Below, piece after piece: positions 20,393 to 29,783 of a stretch of DNA of 64,000 bases. The notes under the pieces were generated by a model. That model did not search any database and had not been told where the DNA came from. It saw only the letters and a list, made by a program, of their open reading frames with translations. The position numbers and the translations under genes were made by a program. The DNA is from a virus, in the IMG/VR virus record IMGVR_UViG_3300042350_001802, positions 32,001-96,000 of that record. The stretch is one strand, 5' to 3'. Positions within the stretch are counted from its first letter, which is position 1; every line of letters starts with the position of its first letter.

Positions 20393-21265
20393 ATGGAAAC
20401 GTTAGTTAAACTGTTAGATGGAATATGGTTTGTTCCTTTTGTAGCAGCTATTATGGTTTTAACTAACCTTATTAATGCTAAAGGATACTTTATACCATTC
20501 TATACCTTTTTAGAAAGAAAGATAAAGTCAAAAAGGTTACTGGTAGCTTTGATTAGCGCAGTATCAGGAGTTCTTCCGATTCCAGGTAGGGTTATTATTA
20601 GTGCTGGAGCTCTTGATACTTTAGCACCAGATGACAAGAGGAGAAAGAACTTTGGTGTGATAAACTACCTATCTACACACCACTACTATCTCTGGTCACC
20701 ATTAGAAGCTACTGTACTTATTCCGCTTTCTGTACTTGGTATAAGCTACTTCTACTTCTTGTCTTTGATTGCTCCTTTGCTGATAACTGTTATTGCGTTT
20801 ACACTATATTATATATTCTATGTCATTAAGGAAGAAGATGTTATAATAAACAAGATGGAGCGTAAAAACCCAGGTGTTATAAAACCTATAAAGTGGGATG
20901 TAGTGGTACTGACAGCTTTGGTTATTATTACGGGTAATGCTATAAAAATGCACTCAAATACTATTGTAGACTTCTTTATGTCCTTTAATAGTAGTGTCTT
21001 TTTTGCGAGTGTGATAGCTTTTGCAACTAGTTTCATTTTAGGATCTAGTAGCAAATTTGCAGGAATAACAGCTTTACTTACTACGGTTTTTGGTATAAAC
21101 TATCTACCGTTGTTCTTTGCACTGGGGTACTCAGGATACTTAATAAGCCCTATGCACAAATGTTTGGTGATTACAAAAAGTTATTTTAACTTATATAGAG
21201 AGCTATATAAGATCCTAATACTTATAATTATAGTATTGATTATAGTAGGATGTTTATTAGTTTAA
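20393..21265 (+). CDS. Multi-pass inner-membrane permease-like protein
   Basis: About 8-9 hydrophobic segments; GVLPIPGR, HHYYLWSPLE and SPMHKCL motifs recall DUF401/ion-transporter-like proteins. Confidence 0.65.
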   Translation: METLVKLLDGIWFVPFVAAIMVLTNLINAKGYFIPFYTFLERKIKSKRLLVALISAVSGVLPIPGRVIISAGALDTLAPDDKRRKNFGVINYLSTHHYYLWSPLEATVLIPLSVLGISYFYFLSLIAPLLITVIAFTLYYIFYVIKEEDVIINKMERKNPGVIKPIKWDVVVLTALVIITGNAIKMHSNTIVDFFMSFNSSVFFASVIAFATSFILGSSSKFAGITALLTTVFGINYLPLFFALGYSGYLISPMHKCLVITKSYFNLYRELYKILILIIIVLIIVGCLLV

Positions 21266-21283
21266 AAGATTAATCTTAAAAAA

Positions 21284-22117
21284 ATGGCAACTTTACTAAC
21301 AACCGTAATTAATGGTTCTTTGACGGTAGGTACTGGTTTAAATGCTAGTGATATTTACATGAATGATAGTGATGAAGGTACGCGTAGAATACACTGTAAT
21401 TCAAACCGTGTAGGATTTTTAAATCAAGGATCAGGATGGGGATCATATTGTGATGATACAGGAAACTGGGTGTCAGATTATGCAATATATTGTAGTAACT
21501 GGTTTAGAACATATGGGTTTACAGGAATGTATTCTGAGAGTTATGGATCTCATATTAGACCAGTAGCATTGGCAACTCATGGCACATGGGAAATATATGG
21601 GTATACTAAGAATGGTTATAATGGATTAAATATATATGATGCACAAGGTTATATCAATAACTATATGCATGAAAGTGGTAATGGTGGACTATACCTTGAA
21701 AATCAAAGTGGACGTTGGGCATGGTATTGGCATAGAAGTAATATATGTTTAGGTCTTGGTAATTCTACAACATCTAATTCATACCGTGTGTATGTTGATG
21801 GTGGTCTTTATGCAACTGGGGATGTAGTGGCATATTCAGATAGTCGTAAAAAGACTGATGTTATAACTATTAATAATGCTCTTGAAATAGTGACAAATCT
21901 TCGTGGTGTGTTTTACACTAAAGTGGGGGAAGAAGAAAAGGGTAGAAAAACGGGTGTTATTGCTCAGGAAATTAATAAGGTACTTCCAGAAGTAGTAACA
22001 TATGCTGCTGATGTTGATGAATATGGTGTAGCTTATGGAAACATTGTAGGTGTACTTATTGAAGCTATAAAAGAGCAACAGAAACAAATTGAAGAACTGA
22101 AAAAAATGTTGAAATAA
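21284..22117 (+). CDS. Short tail fibre with C-terminal S74 chaperone
   Basis: ATGDVVAYSDSRKKTDV...LRGV...GVIAQE...LPEVV...LIEAIKEQQ signature. Confidence 0.85.
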   Translation: MATLLTTVINGSLTVGTGLNASDIYMNDSDEGTRRIHCNSNRVGFLNQGSGWGSYCDDTGNWVSDYAIYCSNWFRTYGFTGMYSESYGSHIRPVALATHGTWEIYGYTKNGYNGLNIYDAQGYINNYMHESGNGGLYLENQSGRWAWYWHRSNICLGLGNSTTSNSYRVYVDGGLYATGDVVAYSDSRKKTDVITINNALEIVTNLRGVFYTKVGEEEKGRKTGVIAQEINKVLPEVVTYAADVDEYGVAYGNIVGVLIEAIKEQQKQIEELKKMLK

Positions 22118-22118
22118 T

Positions 22119-22733
22119 ATGTGTCTTCCTGCGTCTGGTACTATATCGATTAGTCAGATCCGTAATGAGATATATAATAACGGATGTGGACCTAGTACTT
22201 ATTCTTTAGGTGCTCTTGCAGGGTATGCCGGGTTTCCTGCTAATCCAGATGCTATGAGTGAGTTTTATAACTATTGTTGTAATTGTAACTTTGCAAACTT
22301 TTGTTATCATGCTACAGATTGTTATATGGCGTGTAACAGTACTCCATGTACAGATGTAGTAACATATTGGATTGGCACATTAACAGTGGGGACTGTCCTG
22401 CGTAATGGTGATTGTACAGGAAGTGGAGCATCAAATGGTTATTATGCTTATGCTGGAAACTGTTATACAGTTACAGGAGGAGCGGGTGTTGTAGCAAGTG
22501 TAACATCATGTCCTCCTCCAACAACTACAACCACTACATCTGGAACAACTACAACAACCACTACCGCAGCACCTGGAAACTGTGTCGATCACCAAGCAAC
22601 TGCTAGTGGATTTATGACATGGGACGATTGTTCTGGTAATATTCAAAGTCAGTATCTTATAGTTGGAGATATATTCTGTGCCATAGTGGGTACAGTTACT
22701 GGAAACTATATTAATCTTAATGTACCTTGTTAA
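22119..22733 (+). CDS. Fibre-tip/adhesin-like Cys-rich protein with Thr tract
   Basis: M.LPASG.IS.S.I..E N-terminus is typical of tip proteins following S74 fibres; contains PPPTTTTTTSGTTTTTTTAAP. Confidence 0.55.
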   Translation: MCLPASGTISISQIRNEIYNNGCGPSTYSLGALAGYAGFPANPDAMSEFYNYCCNCNFANFCYHATDCYMACNSTPCTDVVTYWIGTLTVGTVLRNGDCTGSGASNGYYAYAGNCYTVTGGAGVVASVTSCPPPTTTTTTSGTTTTTTTAAPGNCVDHQATASGFMTWDDCSGNIQSQYLIVGDIFCAIVGTVTGNYINLNVPC

Positions 22734-22753
22734 ACCTTTAAAACTTATATATT

Positions 22754-23314
22754 ATGCCTACTTATTCTTTTAAACGTGCTCCTGGAGCAGTAACTGCAGA
22801 TTATAAACTTATTGAGGGAGGAGATAAATATAATTTATCTCGTGGAACTCTTACTGATCCTAATAACATTAGTGTTGCTAGTGTTGTTAATTATTCTGTA
22901 GCAAATAATATTATAGCTGCTTCTACCTCATGGTCTTCAATTAGTGCTCAAGTATATGAAACCAGAAAAGTAGATTTTGTATCATATTTGATAAATAGTG
23001 TTCCTTCTGAGTTTATTCCTGAAAGTGAAATATCATATTGGACTTTTGAGAAAAAAACATTTTTTGCTGTTACTACTTCAACAAAAAGTTATTCATTTTC
23101 AGAAACTATTAATTACAATGTAGATACTCTTGAGTTTAATGTTATTAGAAATAACAATCCTGCATATGTAAAAGCTCTTTATGAATTTTTAAAAAATACA
23201 CCAGGATTTGAACCATTTCCTGTTGAAGCATATAATAATGTAAGATATGAAGTTCTTCAGACGCTTTCAAATGAACAAACAGATATTCCTATTGATTTTG
23301 AGGTAGCAGGGTAA
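22754..23314 (+). CDS. Hypothetical protein
   Basis: 186-aa ORF; no motif recognised. Confidence 0.55.
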   Translation: MPTYSFKRAPGAVTADYKLIEGGDKYNLSRGTLTDPNNISVASVVNYSVANNIIAASTSWSSISAQVYETRKVDFVSYLINSVPSEFIPESEISYWTFEKKTFFAVTTSTKSYSFSETINYNVDTLEFNVIRNNNPAYVKALYEFLKNTPGFEPFPVEAYNNVRYEVLQTLSNEQTDIPIDFEVAG

Positions 23315-23400
23315 AATGTTTATCCACATATGTTGATATGTCATTTAAAAACTCTAGAATAATACTTGTATATTCGTATTAGATTAATCTACAAACATTT

Positions 23401-23910
23401 ATGGAAAAAATTACATTGAAACTTTTTGAGTTCTACAATCTAGATGCAGAACTCAACGGTCTTGTCAACCAATCGACAGGTGAAACCATCACTGCTGGTT
23501 TGCTTCGTGAAAAACTTCCTCTTGTTACAAAGTACTGGTTAACAGAACTTGGCAAGAAGGTAGCTGCTGAAAAAACTGCTATTGAGGAACTTAAGAATGA
23601 TCTTATCAAAAAGTATGGTAAAGAAGATGATAACGGTAAAATCTTTATTCCCATGCTTGTCGATGACCTTGATGGTAATGGAAATCCTATTAAAGACACA
23701 GATGCTGAGGAAAACGAAGTGATTCGTAAAAAGTTAAACCCTGACTATCAGCAATTTGAAAAGGAGTTTAATGAACTTCTCCAGACTGAAAAGGAGCTGG
23801 AGTACAAACCCGTTCTACTTTCTGACCTAGAAAAGGTTGAGACAGAAGAAAACTACGTAACCCTGTTTAAGCTTGTAAAAGCTGAGGATGGGAAGGTAGT
23901 ACCTATGTAA
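23401..23910 (+). CDS. Conserved phage helical protein (DUF1617-like)
   Basis: Charged helical protein, L.KKYG and F.KE.NELL pattern; followed by its own terminator. Confidence 0.5.
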   Translation: MEKITLKLFEFYNLDAELNGLVNQSTGETITAGLLREKLPLVTKYWLTELGKKVAAEKTAIEELKNDLIKKYGKEDDNGKIFIPMLVDDLDGNGNPIKDTDAEENEVIRKKLNPDYQQFEKEFNELLQTEKELEYKPVLLSDLEKVETEENYVTLFKLVKAEDGKVVPM

Positions 23911-23934
23911 TCCTCTACTCTGTCAAACATTGAA

Positions 23935-23964
23935 GACCACCTCATTCCTGGGGTGGTTTTTTTT
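23935..23964 (+). terminator. Rho-independent terminator
   Basis: ACCACCTC / GGGGTGGT stem followed by a T-run. Confidence 0.8.
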
Positions 23965-24063
23965 GTTTATATCCCTCAAAAATTGTATATTGTATTGTAG
24001 ACTATTCTGTTATGTCTGCATTATATCTGTTCTTATTTATAACAACCTGATATTCAGTATATT

Positions 24064-25332
24064 ATGCCTCCTATTAGCTCAAATATAAACAAGGAGACTT
24101 GCTCACCAATATCTTCCAACTGTATAGTGTGGCAAGGACCTGATCTAAAGTGTATCGATGTATGCACTGGTCAACCTCTATCTGAGACAGTTTACAATGT
24201 TGCAATGAAGGTCTGCGAACTGCAGAGTCAACTAGATCTTTCTGATCTAGATCTTAAATGTATCATTGATACTTGTTTAGCTTGTCCTCAACCTCAAAAG
24301 ATATTAGCAATTGTATTGCAACTTATTATAGATAAGGTATGTGACCTACAAGAAATCATTGATAACCTAACAACAGCTTCTACAACATCCGACCCATTGG
24401 TAAGGATGGCAACTTGCTTTCAATATACAGATCCATCTACTGGTGACCTAGTTAAGGATCTTCCTCACACACAGTACACCAAACGTATTGGTGTAGAGGT
24501 TTGTAACCTTGCTAATCAGATTACGGGTATACTCTTAGATATTACCAATTTACAAGATCAGGTGGATGCTCTAGATGTACGTGTTACTATTCTTGAGAAT
24601 CAGACACTTCCCGAAGTGACCCTTACATGTATCAATCCGGGATTACAACCTATGGATGATGCAATTGAAGCTATTGAAGCTGATTATTGTAGTTTAAAAG
24701 GTGTTCTTGGATCAAATACTGATGTAGCAGCTATTGCTGGTGCTGAACCCACTACGCTTCCTGTAATGTCATTAGTTAACCCTGCTACAGCTTTATGGTC
24801 TACAGCTTCTGCTAATGCTGCAGAGTCTTTAGAGAAGATGTGGTTGGCTATTAATGATCTTAGAAGTGCTGTTAAACTCATCCAAGATAACTGCTGTAAG
24901 ATTACTTGTGAGGACATCCTTATTGACTTTGATGTTGAGGTTAATGTAGCAGATGATGAGTTGACACTGTTCTTCTTACCAAAGAGCTTCTTGCCAACTG
25001 GATTTGCAGATTGTAATACAACACTTGGAACTAAGTTTATTATTACAGACACTGCAGGACATGAGTCTTACTTTTACATTAAACTCAGAGAAGATGTATT
25101 TGATGATCCTACAGTACTTCAAGATGGATATCTATTATCTATACCAGGAGCTATAGATCCTACATTAGGTATGACTATCACATCTGATGTTTGCGTAACA
25201 GATGGTAGCACTACATGCGTTAAATGCGTACGTGTAGAGGTTGCTCCTAAAGGTTGTGCATATTGTGAACTTACAGCAACTGGTCCTAAAGAAGGTGGTG
25301 GTACTGCTGTTGTCACTTACACAGTTGGTTAA
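24064..25332 (+). CDS. Cys-rich coiled-coil structural protein (fibre/appendage base)
   Basis: N-terminal CSPISSNCIVWQGPDLKC domain, coiled-coil core and many Cys. Confidence 0.6.
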   Translation: MPPISSNINKETCSPISSNCIVWQGPDLKCIDVCTGQPLSETVYNVAMKVCELQSQLDLSDLDLKCIIDTCLACPQPQKILAIVLQLIIDKVCDLQEIIDNLTTASTTSDPLVRMATCFQYTDPSTGDLVKDLPHTQYTKRIGVEVCNLANQITGILLDITNLQDQVDALDVRVTILENQTLPEVTLTCINPGLQPMDDAIEAIEADYCSLKGVLGSNTDVAAIAGAEPTTLPVMSLVNPATALWSTASANAAESLEKMWLAINDLRSAVKLIQDNCCKITCEDILIDFDVEVNVADDELTLFFLPKSFLPTGFADCNTTLGTKFIITDTAGHESYFYIKLREDVFDDPTVLQDGYLLSIPGAIDPTLGMTITSDVCVTDGSTTCVKCVRVEVAPKGCAYCELTATGPKEGGGTAVVTYTVG

Positions 25333-25361
25333 TATTTTACATTTTTATAAACTCGCTATAT

Positions 25362-25880
25362 ATGTCTACTACTCAATCTATAACTTTAACTCCTGGACAA
25401 ACCTTTGTTCTTCCAGCAGGTGCTGTTGTTACAGGACTGTTTGTTGATGGAGCAATATCAGTTACATCTTCTTGTGATAATCTTCCACCTCCTGGTGAGT
25501 TTGTATGCGGGCATTTTTACATGAATATAGATGATGATGATAACCCAAGTCACCCTAATGATGAAGAATCTACTGAATTTACAAGTATTAAAATTGGTGA
25601 TACAACATATCCTTTAAATGGTCTTTTGTTAGATCAGACTGTTACTAACTTAAATGCACTACTTAATATTGGTGCTGTATTTACGTTTACATCAATTACT
25701 CGTTATATAATTGATGATGATCCATCAAATGATAAAAGAATGGCTATTAAATTATATTTTAAAGTTCCAGAAACACTTGTTGATACACTTGAGTTAATTA
25801 TTACTGGTAATAGCGGAGAACCTGAACCTACAACTCAGATATATAGACCTGTTGAGGTGGGACCTTGTTCAGAATCCTAA
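25362..25880 (+). CDS. Putative structural protein
   Basis: 172 aa, beta-rich and acidic, within the structural operon. Confidence 0.55.
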   Translation: MSTTQSITLTPGQTFVLPAGAVVTGLFVDGAISVTSSCDNLPPPGEFVCGHFYMNIDDDDNPSHPNDEESTEFTSIKIGDTTYPLNGLLLDQTVTNLNALLNIGAVFTFTSITRYIIDDDPSNDKRMAIKLYFKVPETLVDTLELIITGNSGEPEPTTQIYRPVEVGPCSES

Positions 25881-25896
25881 TTAAAACTACTAGAAA

Positions 25897-26997
25897 ATGT
25901 CATCTTGTAATTGTAATAATCCTTGGCACGATAAGTGGTGTCCTTCTTTTTTACCACCTGCTGAAACATGTCCAGATGGAGAACCTTGTGATGAGCAAGT
26001 ATCTACAGACTGCGTAATTTATACAGGTCCTAGTATTCCTTGTTATGGAATTACTACAGGTATGACAGTTACTCAACTTCTTTCAATATTATACAGTTCA
26101 ATATATCCAAATTGTAGCACTACAACAACCACATTGAATCCTTGTGGATTATGTAGTGGATTTGCTGCTATTCCCACTATTGCTTGTTTATATAATCTTA
26201 AAATAGAATTTTTATATATAGCTGTTACCTCGGATCTTTCTTTATTACCATCGGGATATGTACACCCTTGTCCAGATTCAATAGCTACACATAATTGTAA
26301 CCGTGCTTTACATGAAGCATATTTAGCTAATTATTATATTGGAGATGTTTACATGAATAACGCGGATGGTGAATGTGGTTCTTTAACAGATTATGGGACA
26401 CCGATATGTAAAGATTTTAAAAACACACCTGCAGCTTTAAGACCAAATAAAATATGGAATGGTAACACTCATAGTAGATATACATCTATTACATTAGATA
26501 TGGATCAAGCTATAGAAATAGCTGCTGCTAATAGTAATAATTCAAATATTGTTTTTGATTTACAACACGCTGTTGGCAAATATGGTATTTCTTGTGATGG
26601 TACACAAGTTTCTCATGATCACGAAGTATGGGTGAGAATAACAAGAGCAGATGGGGTTGTTATCTATAATGGATGTGACACAGGAAATCCGTTTACCGTA
26701 AATGTTTGTCAATTAACTCCTTATACTACAACAACAACAACAATACCGGTTACAACAACGACAACATTGTCTTGTGCAACTTGTAATACATATTCAGTTA
26801 ATAATACAGGTGCTACTCCAGTTTATGTAACATATCGTATTTGTGGTTCAAATACATATAACACTCAACTTGTAAATAATGGATCAAGCGTTACAATTTG
26901 TGCTTGCACAGGATCTATAGCTGCTCCTACAGGATCTTCAGTAACAATAACAAATACTGGTGTCTGTGTTCCAACTACAACAACTACCACCGTGTAA
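25897..26997 (+). CDS. Cys-rich protein with Thr tracts (mucin-like)
   Basis: CDEQVSTDCVIYTGP N-terminal domain, several poly-Thr runs and a C-terminal Cys domain. Confidence 0.7.
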   Translation: MSSCNCNNPWHDKWCPSFLPPAETCPDGEPCDEQVSTDCVIYTGPSIPCYGITTGMTVTQLLSILYSSIYPNCSTTTTTLNPCGLCSGFAAIPTIACLYNLKIEFLYIAVTSDLSLLPSGYVHPCPDSIATHNCNRALHEAYLANYYIGDVYMNNADGECGSLTDYGTPICKDFKNTPAALRPNKIWNGNTHSRYTSITLDMDQAIEIAAANSNNSNIVFDLQHAVGKYGISCDGTQVSHDHEVWVRITRADGVVIYNGCDTGNPFTVNVCQLTPYTTTTTTIPVTTTTTLSCATCNTYSVNNTGATPVYVTYRICGSNTYNTQLVNNGSSVTICACTGSIAAPTGSSVTITNTGVCVPTTTTTTV

Positions 26998-27012
26998 TAT
27001 AAAATATTTGAC

Positions 27013-28029
27013 ATGCCATTTTCAGTAAGTATATCATTATCAGGATTAGGTGCTAATACAGGACCTTTTAACTTATTATCTAATGCATCTGGCTCATTTG
27101 TTGTTTTTATGACAGGTGTTAGCAAATCTTTAATTGCTTCACCAGCAATATTTACAGTTTTAGTTCCTGATAATACAACCATTATTAGAGTACAGTCCAC
27201 AGGTACATGTTCAACATTTATTGACCTTTTTGTAATTGGAGGACCTTTACCACCAACCACAACTACTACAACATCTGGAACTACCACTACTACTACATCA
27301 GGTGGATCAACAACCACCACCACAACAGTGAGTGGTCCGACAACTACGACAACTACATCTGGCGGATCAACAACTACTTCGACTACTGGGTCACCATCAA
27401 CTACGACTACTACTATATTAGTACCCACTACAACTACTACCACATCTGGAGCAACACCGACAACTACTACAAGTAGTACTACTTCTACAACATCTACTAG
27501 TTCTACAACTACAAGCACTAGTACTACTACCACAACAATAGAACCGACTACTACAACGACCAGTTCAACAACTAGTACAACATCTACAACAAGTTCTACA
27601 TCAACAACTACAACTGTTGAACCTACAACTACAACCACATCTTCTACTAGTACTACAACTACTGAAGAACCCACAACAACTACTACTAGTACTACATTAG
27701 AGCCAACTACAACTACTACAACTACAGAGTGTTTAAATCCTTGTTACGAAACTGAGTATAGTGTAAGTGGAGATGGAACTGCTGAATGGTTTAGTTGTAA
27801 TCAACAATCTGGACCTCCTAACACTCAAGCTGTTAGTACAGGAACATATTCGTTCTGTCATGATGGAAGTGGTGTAGTATTCTATAATGGTGCATCTGGG
27901 ACACCAATTGGTACTCCAACTATTTGTGGATGTAATGAACCACCTCCTACAACTACAACTTCAACAAGTACAACTACCACATTAGAACCAACTACTACTA
28001 CTACTTTTACAACATTAAATCCTGAATAA
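27013..28029 (+). CDS. Mucin-like Thr/Ser/Pro-rich protein
   Basis: About 160-aa uninterrupted T/S/P tract between an N-terminal beta domain and a Cys domain; Thr codons are diverse, so this is not a simple microsatellite. Confidence 0.75.
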   Translation: MPFSVSISLSGLGANTGPFNLLSNASGSFVVFMTGVSKSLIASPAIFTVLVPDNTTIIRVQSTGTCSTFIDLFVIGGPLPPTTTTTTSGTTTTTTSGGSTTTTTTVSGPTTTTTTSGGSTTTSTTGSPSTTTTTILVPTTTTTTSGATPTTTTSSTTSTTSTSSTTTSTSTTTTTIEPTTTTTSSTTSTTSTTSSTSTTTTVEPTTTTTSSTSTTTTEEPTTTTTSTTLEPTTTTTTTECLNPCYETEYSVSGDGTAEWFSCNQQSGPPNTQAVSTGTYSFCHDGSGVVFYNGASGTPIGTPTICGCNEPPPTTTTSTSTTTTLEPTTTTTFTTLNPE

Positions 28030-28039
28030 ACGGAAAACT

Positions 28040-28264
28040 ATGAGCAATATAACTGAATGTAAATCTCCTTGTTATAATCAAGAATATATGGTTAACGGGG
28101 TTGGTGTTGCAGTATTCACAGAATGTAAAGGTTCTTCATCTATTTCAGTATTTGTTGAAACAGGATCATATACATTTTGTCATAATGGATCAGGAGTTGT
28201 TTTTAAAGGTAGTCTCTTTGCTTTTCCTGTTGGGGAAAAAGTAGTATGTGGATGCAACGATTAA
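28040..28264 (+). CDS. Stand-alone Cys domain (paralogue of the domain in the preceding gene)
   Basis: PCYNQEY.V.G.G...TGSYTFCHNGSGVVF...CGCND aligns with PCYETEY.V.G.G...TGTYSFCHDGSGVVF...CGCNE. Confidence 0.65.
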   Translation: MSNITECKSPCYNQEYMVNGVGVAVFTECKGSSSISVFVETGSYTFCHNGSGVVFKGSLFAFPVGEKVVCGCND

Positions 28265-28285
28265 TACACCTGAAGTAAAGTAAGC

Positions 28286-29752
28286 ATGTCTTGTAATTGT
28301 AACAATCAGTATGTTTTATGTGATCCTCCCTGTCCTAATAGTTCAGGAACGACTACATCGTCGACTACAACAACTACTACTTTATGTCTAGATGCTGAAG
28401 TTTGTGTAGATGTTAAAAAAGATATATGTGTAGTTCATCCTGGGAGTACATGTTATGGAATAGAGGCTCTTACTGATCTTAATACGCTAATATTAAATTT
28501 AATCAGTTTACTTCCTACCCCAACAGCATGTTTGACCACAACAACTACTACTGTCAAACCTACTACAACAACAAGTACAACATTAGTTCCCACTACTACA
28601 ACTACTACTTGTATTTGTCCTACAACAACGACAAGTACAAGTACATCTACAACATCTACAACCACACTTGCTCCGTGTAGTTGTTTAACATTTAGTATTA
28701 AAAATATTACTACTTCTACACAAAAGTATTCATATGAGAATTGTTCTCATGTGCAGATTAACAATGTAAATATTGCTGCTGGTGTTACACAGATTATATG
28801 TGTATGTAATGAAAATCTAGTTTATGATCGTACTAAGTTTATAGTGATTGCTACCGGACAAGGGTGTAATACTTCTACAACTACATCCACTAGCACATCT
28901 ACTACTAGTACTACCAGTAGTTCTACAACAACTACAACAACAAATCCTTGTCCTGCATGTAACACTTATAAGATACAATCTACATCTCTACCTGCATCAT
29001 GGCTAGGTAAGAGATGCGATGATGGGGTTGTTGTAAGCTATAACTTTACAAGCGTTGGTCAAATTATTACAACTCCTTGTATTTGTTCTACTTCTTTAGT
29101 AGTAAGCAACGCTTCTGTAAAAGAAACTACAAACTGTATTGGAACTACTACAACTTCTACAAGCACTTCTACTACATCTACAACTACAGCAGCTCCAACA
29201 ACTACAACTACTACAATAGCTTGTTTACAATATATTCTTTCTAGTCCTACTGGAGGATATGCAACCGCTACATCTTGTATTGGGGAAGAAGTTATTATTT
29301 CTGTACCTGTTATAACACCGGTGGTAACTCCTTGTGTACAGGTTGGGTCTCTTGTATTACATGAAGCTGTGATTGATTATAGTATTCCTTGTGGTGGAAC
29401 TACAAGCACTACAACAAGTACTAGCACTACAACCACTTTACCTGCATGCGAATGCTTCTCTATAGAGAACCTAACAGAATTAACTGAAGGAGCTGTGATT
29501 ATACCTTGTGGTAGTAATGATCCTTTAGAGGTTAGTATTGCTCCATTTACAATCAATAGTTACTGTGTTAAATACGGAACTGTTCCTTATGAGCAATCAG
29601 GGTCTAGTCTGAACATTGTAAGATGTTACACATTTACATGTACTTCAAATATAGATTGTACTGGATGTATTGATACTACAACGACAACTACAACAGCTCC
29701 GACTACAACTACCACTACAGAAATACCAACAACCACTACAACTACAATATAA
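28286..29752 (+). CDS. Mucin-like protein: alternating Thr tracts and four Cys domains
   Basis: Repeated poly-T/S linkers separate C.C..(F/Y).I...C...C domains. Confidence 0.75.
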   Translation: MSCNCNNQYVLCDPPCPNSSGTTTSSTTTTTTLCLDAEVCVDVKKDICVVHPGSTCYGIEALTDLNTLILNLISLLPTPTACLTTTTTTVKPTTTTSTTLVPTTTTTTCICPTTTTSTSTSTTSTTTLAPCSCLTFSIKNITTSTQKYSYENCSHVQINNVNIAAGVTQIICVCNENLVYDRTKFIVIATGQGCNTSTTTSTSTSTTSTTSSSTTTTTTNPCPACNTYKIQSTSLPASWLGKRCDDGVVVSYNFTSVGQIITTPCICSTSLVVSNASVKETTNCIGTTTTSTSTSTTSTTTAAPTTTTTTIACLQYILSSPTGGYATATSCIGEEVIISVPVITPVVTPCVQVGSLVLHEAVIDYSIPCGGTTSTTTSTSTTTTLPACECFSIENLTELTEGAVIIPCGSNDPLEVSIAPFTINSYCVKYGTVPYEQSGSSLNIVRCYTFTCTSNIDCTGCIDTTTTTTTAPTTTTTTEIPTTTTTTI

Positions 29753-29760
29753 TAAGATTG

Positions 29761-29768
29761 TATATTTG
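29761..29768 (+). promoter_or_regulatory. Bacteroidota -7 promoter element
   Basis: TATATTTG 16 nt upstream of the glycosyltransferase ATG; no clear -33 TTG. Confidence 0.4.
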
Positions 29769-29783
29769 TAGAAAACCAACATT

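Noticed and set aside
7158-22733. Diversity-generating retroelement or invertible shufflon acting on the fibres
   Set aside because: No reverse transcriptase or recombinase, and I saw no near-identical TR/VR pair or inverted cassette in the window.
26865-27674. 269-aa Val-rich minus-strand ORF (also 28453-28665)
   Set aside because: Antisense shadow of the Thr-rich ACN codon runs; no independent gene signal.
27250-27730. ACN trinucleotide tract as a microsatellite, CRISPR array or phase-variable repeat
   Set aside because: Third positions vary freely and there is no repeat-spacer structure; selection is at protein level.
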